DNA of 64,000 nucleotides from an uncultured bacterium (GTDB lineage Bacteria > Krumholzibacteriota > Krumholzibacteriia > LZORAL124-64-63), in the NCBI GenBank assembly GCA_963732385.1, contig CAVSZB010000007.1, positions 736,001 to 800,000 of the forward strand, given 5' to 3'. Below, piece after piece: positions 55,770 to 64,000 of this stretch (the first letter of the stretch is position 1; the number at the start of each line of letters is the position of its first letter). The position numbers and the translations under genes were made by a program. The notes beneath the pieces are model-generated. The model saw nothing but the letters and a program-made list of their open reading frames with translations, ran no database searches and had not been told where the DNA came from.

Positions 55770-58700
55770 TCAGAATTCTGGTCCGATGCTGAAGTGAAAC
55801 ACGGGATCCTGACTGTGACGCAGGTCGGTCTTCCAGGCCCAATCGAGACGCACCGGCAGGAAAAACAGCCGGGTGCGCAGGCCGATGCCGTAGTCGCCCC
55901 GCAGGTCGCGCAGCGCCTGCCGGCCCTGATCGTCGGCGCCGAACATGCGCAGCGGGCCGTTCCAGGCGGCGCCGACATCGAAGAACAGCGTGGCGCCGAA
56001 GTTAGTCAGTCCCCAGCGTCCGGGCCAGCCGAAGATGAGATAATCGATCAGCGGCAGTCGGTACTCGACGTTCATCAGGCACATCCGCGAGCCACTCAGT
56101 CCAAGCACGGTTTCGAAGTCGTAGATGTTGTAACCCCGCAGCGTCGAGGGGCCGCCCAGCACGAACGCCCGCGGATCCCGCCCCTCGCTGGCGGCGCCGA
56201 TCAGGCGCAGGGCGAAGGTGTTGCGACGGAAAGGCATCCAGTAGCGGCGCAGGTCGGCCACGACCGTGCGGCGATCGAGCGCGTCGCCGCTGAGCGGCAG
56301 CGACGGTGCGAAGGAGAGGAAGGCGCGACTGCCGACGACCGGGCCGAACGGGCCGAAGAACGCGGAATCGTGCACGAACGACAGGCTCGGCTGCGCCAGC
56401 GTGACGGTGCGCTGGTCGTACGGCACGAGGTAGAACCCGGTGGCATCGGGTGCGTAGAGCGTGCGCTCGGATCGGAACAGCTCGAGTTGCAGGTCGAAGC
56501 GGCGGAACGTGCTGAGCGGGTAGCTGGCCACCCCGTACAACCCGTAGTTGCGCTCGCTGAAGAACGTGTCGTCGGGCAGCAGTTCGCCCACGGTCGTAAA
56601 GACCGAGCTGTAGTAGTTCTTGTAGTGGAAGACACCGCAGCCGAGGTTGACACGGCGCCGGAGATAGGTGTAGGAGGCCGCCAGATCGCTGTTGCTGAGC
56701 GACCCGTAGAAGTTCAGCAGCAGCGAGAGCCGGTTGTCGCCCATCAGATCGCTGAGGGTGATGACGTTGGCCACGCCCAGGCCGATGGCCGAGTTGTAGT
56801 ACACGCCGCCCCCGCCGAAACCGGAACTCGGCTCGATGGAGAGCCGCGGATGGTAGGGCTCGATCAGTCCCACCCGCTGCGCGTCCGCCACGGTGTCGGG
56901 CGGCGCCTTGCGGGTGACGAGCGCCGGCAGTTCCTGCGTCACCGCGCGCGGCGACGAGCCGGTGGGCGTGCGCAATGCGAACCGGGCGCGGAAATCGTCG
57001 GCCGCGTACAGATCGTAGCCGCCGGCGTGGAAGCCGGTGAAGACCAGCCGATCGGCCCCCGCCGCATAAGCCGGCTGGAAGAGGCCGCCGAGCACGTTGG
57101 TCAACCGCCGTTCCTGCGCCACGGCGCTGCCGGCGTCGTCGAGCGTGACGAGCGACAGGTTGGCGATTCCCGTCGACTCGTCCACCACGCAGAGGGTGCG
57201 CTCGTCGATCCAGACGGGGTCGCGGCGCCCGCCCGCCGCCGCGTGGAGCGTGCTGCGCTCGCCCGTGGCCGGGTCGAGCAGCACCAGACTGCCGTCGTCC
57301 GGCCCGTCCGCGTCGCGCGGGCGGGCCCAGAGCAGCCGGCGCTGCCCGTTGGCGCCCGTTTCGAATTCGAAGTCCAGTTCGGCGCGCGGATTGAACGCGA
57401 AGGCGAGCCGCCGGCCGTCGGGCGACCAGGCCGGGGTCCCTTCGTCGCCCACGTCGTCGGTCAGCCGGGTCAGCAGCAGGCCGTCCGCCAGCGTAATCGC
57501 CGAGCCGGCCGTCCCGCCGCAGATCGGCAGGCCCGGCTCGAGATCGAGCAGCCAGAGATCGGTGCGGCCGTGCAGCGTGCCGACGAGCGCCAGCCGCCGA
57601 CCGTCGGGCGACCAGGCGGGCGAAGCGGCGCCGTCGAGCCCCAGACGCACGGAGCGGGTGACCGCGCCCGACTCCACGTCCACCGTCAGCAGCCGTTCCT
57701 CGTTGCCGCTGCGGGCCACGAACGCCACCTCGCGGCCGGTCGGATCGAAACCGAGGCTGCTGCTGAAGCCGTGCAGGGATTCGAACCGGCTCGAACGCTG
57801 GCCCTGCGCGAGGCGACGCAGCACCCGGCCGTCGAGTGCCGACATCAGGTACAGGCTGATCAGCCCGTCGCGGTCGGCGAGATAGGCGATCCGCTCCCCG
57901 TCCGGCGAGATCGCGGGGCGGGCGTTGAAGAAACCGGCGCCGTGCTCATGGTCGGTCAGGGGGCGCGCGATCTCGGCCGCCGTCTCGAGGTCGGCATAAC
58001 TGGGCCAGTAGCGCCGGCGCAGCGTCCTGGCGTAGAGCTCATCGAGGTCCCGCAGACGCAGGCCGAGCGTCTGCGACAGCGCGTGGTCCACGCTGCGCGA
58101 GCGCCCCACGCGCCGCCACAGGTCGACCAGCTTCTCCTCGCCGTAGCGCTCGGAGATCAGCCGCATGGCCGCCTGTCCCTGTTTGTAGACCTGGTAGCCG
58201 CCGACCTGGTCGAGCGGCAGCAGGTAATCGTTGATCGTGGCGTCGCGCACGAACATGTCGGCATTGGCGTCCCAGCCCGAGGAGAACCACTCCGCGATCC
58301 CCTCGGCGTACCACAGGGGAATGCTGAAGAACGGGCGGCGCGCGGTGGCGGCACGCGAAGAGCCGAACGCCACGTCGAACATGAACACGTGAACCAGTTC
58401 GTGCCGGATGACGTGGACGAAATCCTCGTGCGAACCGCTGTACGGCAGCACCATGCGGTTGCGGTACGGCTCGCTGAACCCCCCCGTCCCTTCGCCAATC
58501 AGATCGTCGGCCACGTTGGTCTGCGCAAAATCGCTGTGGGAGGCGTAGAGGATGAACGGCACGCGCCGGGCCAGTTCGTGGTCGAGACGGTCCGCATATT
58601 CGCGGTAGGCCTGTTCGGCGATCAGGCTCGCCCTGACCGCCAGTTCCTCAGCCCCCGCGTAGTGGTGGATCTCGAAATGCGGCGTGATGAGGACCCGCCA

Positions 58701-58826
58701 GTCATGGGTCCGTGTCTGCACCTTGTTGCGGCCGAACGCGAGCGCCGGCGGCGGCGCTGCCGCCAGCCCGATCAGGGCGAAGGCGAGCGACAGCAGGGCG
58801 GCGCGCAAAGGGCAGCGAAACATCAT
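55770..58826 (-). CDS. Omp85-family outer membrane protein with N-terminal gluzincin (peptidase MA-like) domain and PD40/TolB-like beta-propeller
   Basis: Signal peptide, FGRNKV, HELVH...WYAEGIAE, 'PAWSPDG' repeats, 'LGGPSTLRGY', C-terminal 'FHFSIGPEF'. Confidence 0.88.
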   Translation of the reverse strand: MMFRCPLRAALLSLAFALIGLAAAPPPALAFGRNKVQTRTHDWRVLITPHFEIHHYAGAEELAVRASLIAEQAYREYADRLDHELARRVPFILYASHSDFAQTNVADDLIGEGTGGFSEPYRNRMVLPYSGSHEDFVHVIRHELVHVFMFDVAFGSSRAATARRPFFSIPLWYAEGIAEWFSSGWDANADMFVRDATINDYLLPLDQVGGYQVYKQGQAAMRLISERYGEEKLVDLWRRVGRSRSVDHALSQTLGLRLRDLDELYARTLRRRYWPSYADLETAAEIARPLTDHEHGAGFFNARPAISPDGERIAYLADRDGLISLYLMSALDGRVLRRLAQGQRSSRFESLHGFSSSLGFDPTGREVAFVARSGNEERLLTVDVESGAVTRSVRLGLDGAASPAWSPDGRRLALVGTLHGRTDLWLLDLEPGLPICGGTAGSAITLADGLLLTRLTDDVGDEGTPAWSPDGRRLAFAFNPRAELDFEFETGANGQRRLLWARPRDADGPDDGSLVLLDPATGERSTLHAAAGGRRDPVWIDERTLCVVDESTGIANLSLVTLDDAGSAVAQERRLTNVLGGLFQPAYAAGADRLVFTGFHAGGYDLYAADDFRARFALRTPTGSSPRAVTQELPALVTRKAPPDTVADAQRVGLIEPYHPRLSIEPSSGFGGGGVYYNSAIGLGVANVITLSDLMGDNRLSLLLNFYGSLSNSDLAASYTYLRRRVNLGCGVFHYKNYYSSVFTTVGELLPDDTFFSERNYGLYGVASYPLSTFRRFDLQLELFRSERTLYAPDATGFYLVPYDQRTVTLAQPSLSFVHDSAFFGPFGPVVGSRAFLSFAPSLPLSGDALDRRTVVADLRRYWMPFRRNTFALRLIGAASEGRDPRAFVLGGPSTLRGYNIYDFETVLGLSGSRMCLMNVEYRLPLIDYLIFGWPGRWGLTNFGATLFFDVGAAWNGPLRMFGADDQGRQALRDLRGDYGIGLRTRLFFLPVRLDWAWKTDLRHSQDPVFHFSIGPEF

Positions 58827-58834
58827 CGGCGATC

Positions 58835-61800
58835 CTAGTACTCGAAGCGGTACTTCAGGTCGAGGTTGTAGGTCATGTCGCCCTGCTGCACATCCAGCCG
58901 ACGGCTGATTTCCGACTGGAGCAGGAGGTGGTCGGACATCTGGTACTCAATCAACAGATCGCGCTCCGCTTCCGAAAGGCCCTGGGCGTATTTCACGTAG
59001 AGATCCTGCCCCAGGTACTTGCCGACCCCGATCAGCCGGCGGGTCTGACCGCTGTCCTGGGCCCGGGCGCTTTCGATGTCGAAGGTGTCAAAAACCTTCA
59101 ACTCCGCGGCGATCTCCCGCTCCAGCAGGTTGAAACCGGCCGCGATGGAGGCGTCCTTCAGACCGCCGCCGGTGGGCGTCTCGGCGGCATGCGGCGAAAG
59201 TCCGAGCAGCAGCCGCTCGATGGCCGCGCGGTTGTAGCCGCTTTCGGACCGCAACTCGACCGACGGCGCCTCCAGCGACCCGTTCACCTGCGCGGTGATC
59301 CGCTCGAGCGCCCGGCTGCTGTAGGGGCCCTCGTACGGGAGCCGTACCGTGGTCTCGGCCAGCATGTCGACGGTGGGCACGACGCCGGTCGTGCGCGTGA
59401 AATCGAGCCGCCCCGTCAACACCCGGAAATCGTTGTTGAAGACCGGCAGGCGTCCGGCATCGATGTTCATGGCGCCGCTGACGTAGAGCCCGTCCAGATT
59501 GCGCACCACGTCCACGTCGCCGCTCAACGCCAGTTCCATGGCACGGTTGGAGATCAACGTCGTGCGCGGAGGACCGATCAGATGCAGGTCCGCCAGCCAG
59601 TCGGGCGCCACCGTGGCCAGGCGCGGATCGCTCACCGTCGGCTTTTCGGCGAAATCACCCGTGAACCGGGCCTCGATGATCTCGAGCCCCCCGGTGAACA
59701 TCGGCACCATCAGGCTGTCGGGGCCGACCTTGACTCCGGTCACATGCACGTCCCTGCCCCGCACGAGCGCGCGCAGATCGGGGATGGAAGCGACGAGGCA
59801 ACGGTCGGCATCGAGCCGAACATCGAACCCCTCGAGCAGCAGACCGTGGAAGCGGAGTTCCCCCTCGCCGGCGAACGTCCCCCGGGCCCCCTCGGACCCC
59901 CGGACTCCCGTGAGGGTGAGCAGATCGCCGGCCCAGATCCCGTCGGCCTCGACATTGCTGTAGACCTCGGCCAGCGCCTTCAGCACGCAGCGCCCTCCGC
60001 GCACGCGCGCCCAGCCGCTGAACAGCGGATGCGAAGCCGGCCCCTCCACGCGCATCGACATTCCGCCGCGTCCCCCCGACTCGGCGAAGGCGTTGGTGGC
60101 CTGCGTCAGCGGCGCCAGATCGGTGTCTTCGGGAATCTCGATCACCATCAGGAACGGCCCGTCGGGCGGCGAGACCGGCGTGGAGAGGAAGTCGGCCCGC
60201 AGGGGGATTTCGATCCGACCGCCGGCCCGCAGGGCGCCCTGCACCGCATCGAGTTCGCTGAGGGTGAGCCCCGAGGCGGTCATGCCGACCCGCCCGCGCA
60301 GCCGCTGCAGATGCAGCCAGTGCACATTGAACGGCTCGCTGAAAAGCTCCCCCTCCACCAGCGGGCTGCGCGGCGACCCGGTCAGCCGGAAATCGCCGCC
60401 GAACCGCCCCGCGATCCGCGCCAGCGCCGGCAGTTTGAACTGATCGACGAACGCCCAATCGGCGTCGGTCACATCGAGCGTGAGATCGAGGCTGGCGTCG
60501 GGCCAGAAGTCGGCGAGGCGCGTGGCGGCCAGGTTGGTCAGCGTGCCGCGGACGCCGGCCCGACCGTACTGCGTGCGCAGATCGAGCTGATCGATCGTCG
60601 CCGTATGGCGGGCGTAACGCGCCTCCACATGCAGTGAATCGATCCGGGCCAGACGAAACGTGCTGCCGGTGAGATCGGCAACGGCGGACAGCTCCGGCTC
60701 CGCGGGCCCCCCCGCCAGGGTCACATCGGCGGTGACATCCCCGTCGAGTTCCCCGCCCGCCTGCGGCAAGAACGGGTTGAGCAGTCGCAGGTCGAACCGG
60801 CGCAACTGGCACCCGCCGTGCAATTGGTCGGCATCGCGGTCGAATCCACCCGAAGCGCGCAGCGAACCGAGCGCCGAGGAGAGTCGGAAGTCGCCCAGCT
60901 GCGCGCCGCGGGCCGAGGCGACGAGCGCGGCCGGCAGCTCGAGCGCCCAGCGGGTCCCCTCGAGGTCTATTCCCAACTGGTCGACCGTGTAGACGTCGGC
61001 GCTGTCGGACAGCGCCGCGCGTCCGCGCAGCGTCACGACCGAGTCGCCGCGCACGGACCGGAACGAATCGAGCGCCGCCGCGGCGGGAGAGACGGAGCCG
61101 GTCGCCGTGAAATCGCCGAGCGGCACCCCGCCCAGGCTGAGGCCCTGGCCCCGCACGACCGCGGCCACCTGCGGCGCCCGCACGGCGTCATGGATGGTCA
61201 GCTCGGCGCGACAGGAATCGGCCCGCAGCGGCGCCACCGCCGCGGCACGCAGATCCACCGTCCCCGCGAAATCGTAGACCGGGTCGCGGCCCGTCACCTG
61301 GCCGCGCCCCTCGATACGACCGGCCAGGGGCGGCCAGCCCCACCCCGCGGGGAGTTGCGACAGGTCGTCGGATCGCGCCTCCAGATCCCCCACGAAGACA
61401 CCCGAAGTGTCGGCCGCGCCGGTGAGCACGGCACGCAGCGCCCGGTACCGCAACTCGATCCGGTCCAGGGTCGCCACGCCGCGCGCCGCGTGCACCGCGA
61501 CGAAACAGCTGTCGAACGGCAGATCGGCGATAAAGCCGCCGGCGAGCACGCCCCGCACCTCGGTTTCATCGACCGCGTCGCGGCGGTGGATCGCCAGCCG
61601 GCCGTGACCGCCGCTCGGCGGCAACGCCACGCCCGGAACCAGCTCTTGCGACACATCCACGTCCGCCACATCACCCTCGAGCCAGAATTCCACGCCGTGG
61701 GGATCGTGCACGTCGAACCGTCCTGCGCCAACGAACCTGGCGCCGTTGATCCGGCCCGACAGCCGCTCCCAGTCCAGGAAACCGCGCGTCAACAGCGCGA

Positions 61801-62692
61801 ACCCGCGCACCCCCTCCATCCGGTAGCCTTCGAGTTCGCCGTCGAAGGCGCCGGCGAAGAGGACGCTGTCGGCCCGCACCTGCACGTGGGCCGTGGCGTC
61901 GCCGCGGGCGCGGAAGCCGAGTTCGATGTCGATCAGGTTGCTGACGGCGTCGGGGGTGATATCCCGCGCGCTCACGGCGATTTCAAGCGCGCCATCGCGC
62001 CGCCGGCCACCGGAGCCATCCACGGAGCTGCCGTTGAGCAGCAGGTGGGCGTCGGTCAGGGTGAGATCGCCGTTCGCCAGTCGCGCATCGAGGCGCAGGC
62101 TGTCGATCCGGCTTTCGCGCGTCGCCCAGTCGGCGCGCCCGTAGCGCACTTCGAGCCGCGCGTCAGCGTCCACCGAGTACACACCCCGCAGGCGCACATC
62201 GCTCAGGCGTTCGCGCAGGCGACCGTCCGCACCCGAAACCTCCAGCCCGCCATCCAGCCGGAAAACGTCGACGCACAACCGCGGCGGAATCGGCAGTGGG
62301 CCGCGGCCAGGCGGCTTGCGCTGCCCGCGCGAGCCGGCGGTAGTGGCGTGCACCACCGCGCCGCGCGCCTCCACGCGTCTCAGCCGCGGGGAATCGGCCA
62401 GCAGTTCCTCCCACCGGTACTCGAGCACCAGCGTGTCGACCGTGGCGGCGATCGCCCCGCCGCTGCCGTCGACCAGCGAAAGCGAAACCTGATAAAGTTC
62501 CAGCCCCTTAAACGGATTGCCCCGGAAATCGCGCAGCCGCACCGTGCCCTCGCGGTCGCGGAACAGGTTGCGCGACACGAGACGGGCGGCAAGCGGCGCG
62601 ACCAGGCGCGGGTGGGTGACCAGAAAGGCCACCACGGCCAGGAAGAGCAGCCAGGCCAGCAGCAGGGTTCGTCGCGCGGTGCGTCGCCACAT
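58835..62692 (-). CDS. tamB: Translocation and assembly module TamB (DUF490)
   Basis: N-terminal anchor, long beta-repeat body, C-terminal 'GVGKYLGQDLYVKY...IEYQ...DLKYRFEY'. Confidence 0.85.
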   Translation of the reverse strand: MWRRTARRTLLLAWLLFLAVVAFLVTHPRLVAPLAARLVSRNLFRDREGTVRLRDFRGNPFKGLELYQVSLSLVDGSGGAIAATVDTLVLEYRWEELLADSPRLRRVEARGAVVHATTAGSRGQRKPPGRGPLPIPPRLCVDVFRLDGGLEVSGADGRLRERLSDVRLRGVYSVDADARLEVRYGRADWATRESRIDSLRLDARLANGDLTLTDAHLLLNGSSVDGSGGRRRDGALEIAVSARDITPDAVSNLIDIELGFRARGDATAHVQVRADSVLFAGAFDGELEGYRMEGVRGFALLTRGFLDWERLSGRINGARFVGAGRFDVHDPHGVEFWLEGDVADVDVSQELVPGVALPPSGGHGRLAIHRRDAVDETEVRGVLAGGFIADLPFDSCFVAVHAARGVATLDRIELRYRALRAVLTGAADTSGVFVGDLEARSDDLSQLPAGWGWPPLAGRIEGRGQVTGRDPVYDFAGTVDLRAAAVAPLRADSCRAELTIHDAVRAPQVAAVVRGQGLSLGGVPLGDFTATGSVSPAAAALDSFRSVRGDSVVTLRGRAALSDSADVYTVDQLGIDLEGTRWALELPAALVASARGAQLGDFRLSSALGSLRASGGFDRDADQLHGGCQLRRFDLRLLNPFLPQAGGELDGDVTADVTLAGGPAEPELSAVADLTGSTFRLARIDSLHVEARYARHTATIDQLDLRTQYGRAGVRGTLTNLAATRLADFWPDASLDLTLDVTDADWAFVDQFKLPALARIAGRFGGDFRLTGSPRSPLVEGELFSEPFNVHWLHLQRLRGRVGMTASGLTLSELDAVQGALRAGGRIEIPLRADFLSTPVSPPDGPFLMVIEIPEDTDLAPLTQATNAFAESGGRGGMSMRVEGPASHPLFSGWARVRGGRCVLKALAEVYSNVEADGIWAGDLLTLTGVRGSEGARGTFAGEGELRFHGLLLEGFDVRLDADRCLVASIPDLRALVRGRDVHVTGVKVGPDSLMVPMFTGGLEIIEARFTGDFAEKPTVSDPRLATVAPDWLADLHLIGPPRTTLISNRAMELALSGDVDVVRNLDGLYVSGAMNIDAGRLPVFNNDFRVLTGRLDFTRTTGVVPTVDMLAETTVRLPYEGPYSSRALERITAQVNGSLEAPSVELRSESGYNRAAIERLLLGLSPHAAETPTGGGLKDASIAAGFNLLEREIAAELKVFDTFDIESARAQDSGQTRRLIGVGKYLGQDLYVKYAQGLSEAERDLLIEYQMSDHLLLQSEISRRLDVQQGDMTYNLDLKYRFEY

Positions 62693-64000
62693 CTAGAAAG
62701 GATACCCCAGGGAAAAGTGAAAAAGCGCGCGGTCCTCGGCGAGCGTCTCCGACAGGCGCGCCCGCTTGAGCGGGAACCCGACGTCCACCCGGAACGGGCC
62801 GAACGGGGTGTCGAGCCGCAGTCCGGTCCCGACACTGTACCGGAAATCCCACAGTTTCGTCGCCGACGGGTCATCCGGCAGCCGGGGGTAAGCCCGCAGA
62901 CGGAACGCCCTCAACCGGAGGTCGTCCAGCCGCTGCCAGACGTTGCCGCCGTCGATGAACAGCACTCCCCCCAGCTTCCAGCGCGACAACACCGGCAGCG
63001 GGAACCGCCATTCGGCGTTGGCCAGCAGCAGGTAGTTCCCGCCCGCCGACGCGCCGTCTGGCACCGGCACATCGTTCTGCAGCTCGAGGAAGTCCCGGTT
63101 CGTGAGCTGCGGCCCGAGGCTCCCTTCCTGGTACCCGCGCACGGAAGCCCCGCCGCCGGCGAAGAACCGCTCCTGATACGGGACCCCCTCGTTGCCGAGA
63201 TCGGCCGACCGGCCATAGGGCCGCACGGCGCCAGCAGTCACCCGCAGCGCCAGCGAGCCACCGATCGGCGTGCCGGCATAGCCATGCCAGGAGGCCGACC
63301 CCTTCACGAAACTGTTGCTGCCCCCCAGCCAGTCGACCGCCACCGCACCCTCGGCCGTCACCAGCGCGCCGGAGGTCGGCCGGAAGATGTCGTTGCGTCG
63401 CTCGTGCGAGAGATTATAGATCACGGCCCGGGTGCGGGTCGGCCGGATGTTCAGGCTGCTGAACACCTCCCCCAGACTGTCGGGGGCGTCGGGGTGCAGC
63501 AGCGGCCGCACCTCTTCGGCCTTCAACGACAGCCCGTGGATGGTCCGGCGCCCGCCGCGGAACTGCGTTCCGAAGGAGAGGCCCCGGGTATCGAGATTCA
63601 GACCCGATTCGCCGCGGGTCTTGCGTTCAAGGTAGAGGTTGGTGTTCAGCCGCAGCCGGTCGCCGAACAGGTACGGATAGACGTGCAGCAAATCGAAGCG
63701 GTAGTTGAACTGCGGCGTGACCCTGGTGTCGGGATTGTTAAGGATCCGTTCGTAGCTGAGGTAGGGACGGGCCCGCAACTGCAAACGCTGCCCGGTCCCC
63801 CAGAGATTGTTGTGGCCCCACGCCGCAAGCACGCGCAGACGCTCCCGGCTGCCCACGCCCACGCCGAATTCGTAGAAAGCCGGCTTGCGCTCGACGACGT
63901 TGACGCTGAAATCCACCACGTTGGCGCCGCTGTCGGGCACCGCCGGCACGAGATTCACGTCGCGGAACAGCGCGGTGTCGAGCAGGCGGCGCTGCGACGC
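62693..64000 (-). CDS. BamA/TamA-family Omp85 protein (5'-truncated by the window)
   Basis: End of a POTRA domain, 'HNNLWGTGQ', 'ERFFAGGGASVRGY', 'GLRLDTPFGPFRVDVGF', C-terminal 'HFSLGYPF'; abuts tamB. Confidence 0.9.
   Translation of the reverse strand, partial: ASQRRLLDTALFRDVNLVPAVPDSGANVVDFSVNVVERKPAFYEFGVGVGSRERLRVLAAWGHNNLWGTGQRLQLRARPYLSYERILNNPDTRVTPQFNYRFDLLHVYPYLFGDRLRLNTNLYLERKTRGESGLNLDTRGLSFGTQFRGGRRTIHGLSLKAEEVRPLLHPDAPDSLGEVFSSLNIRPTRTRAVIYNLSHERRNDIFRPTSGALVTAEGAVAVDWLGGSNSFVKGSASWHGYAGTPIGGSLALRVTAGAVRPYGRSADLGNEGVPYQERFFAGGGASVRGYQEGSLGPQLTNRDFLELQNDVPVPDGASAGGNYLLLANAEWRFPLPVLSRWKLGGVLFIDGGNVWQRLDDLRLRAFRLRAYPRLPDDPSATKLWDFRYSVGTGLRLDTPFGPFRVDVGFPLKRARLSETLAEDRALFHFSLGYPF

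Noticed and set aside
55437..58838. 1133-aa plus-strand ORF (and similar long ORFs at 18319-20997, 53585-55792, 43818-45590)
   Set aside because: Antisense to clearly identifiable genes; high-GC codon-bias artefacts.
1..64000. CRISPR array, tRNA or rRNA genes
   Set aside because: Intergenic spaces are short (under about 360 nt) and show no regularly spaced repeats or cloverleaf/T-loop signatures by eye; a covariance-model scan was not run.

Overview
High-GC bacterial chromosomal segment. The organism is a diderm: it has TamB, two Omp85 proteins and secreted peptidases with FlgD-Ig/T9SS-like C-terminal tails, which suggests an FCB-related lineage such as Krumholzibacteriota/Latescibacterota (inference only). 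Left arm: an SPFH (YdjI-like) gene followed by three paralogous Zn-ribbon (YdjG-like) genes, a cyclophilin, a class V PLP desulfurase, an OmpA/MotB lipoprotein, a Na/Pi cotransporter-ktrB-ktrA operon, a TPR/Zn-finger + DUF4388 gene pair, a class I/II aminotransferase, and rpsO-pnp-M16 peptidase. Middle (about 21.0-42.7 kb, all minus strand): a Wzx/Wzy-type surface polysaccharide locus. Its core (about 25.0-40.35 kb) is visibly lower in GC and carries six apparent single-base frameshifts. The locus includes tailoring genes: a deacetylase, a formyltransferase, two methyltransferases, DUF362, two (alpha/alpha)-barrel-like proteins, and cysC with an RHH regulator. Right arm: an orphan lipoprotein, gatCAB, an M1 aminopeptidase, a DUF222-like/HNH nuclease, an M6 protease, a UvrD/PcrA helicase, and a tamA-like/tamB/peptidase-propeller-Omp85 operon cut off by the window end. 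I found no tRNA, rRNA, CRISPR array, integrase or transposase. All assignments come from motif recognition by eye; no searches were run.
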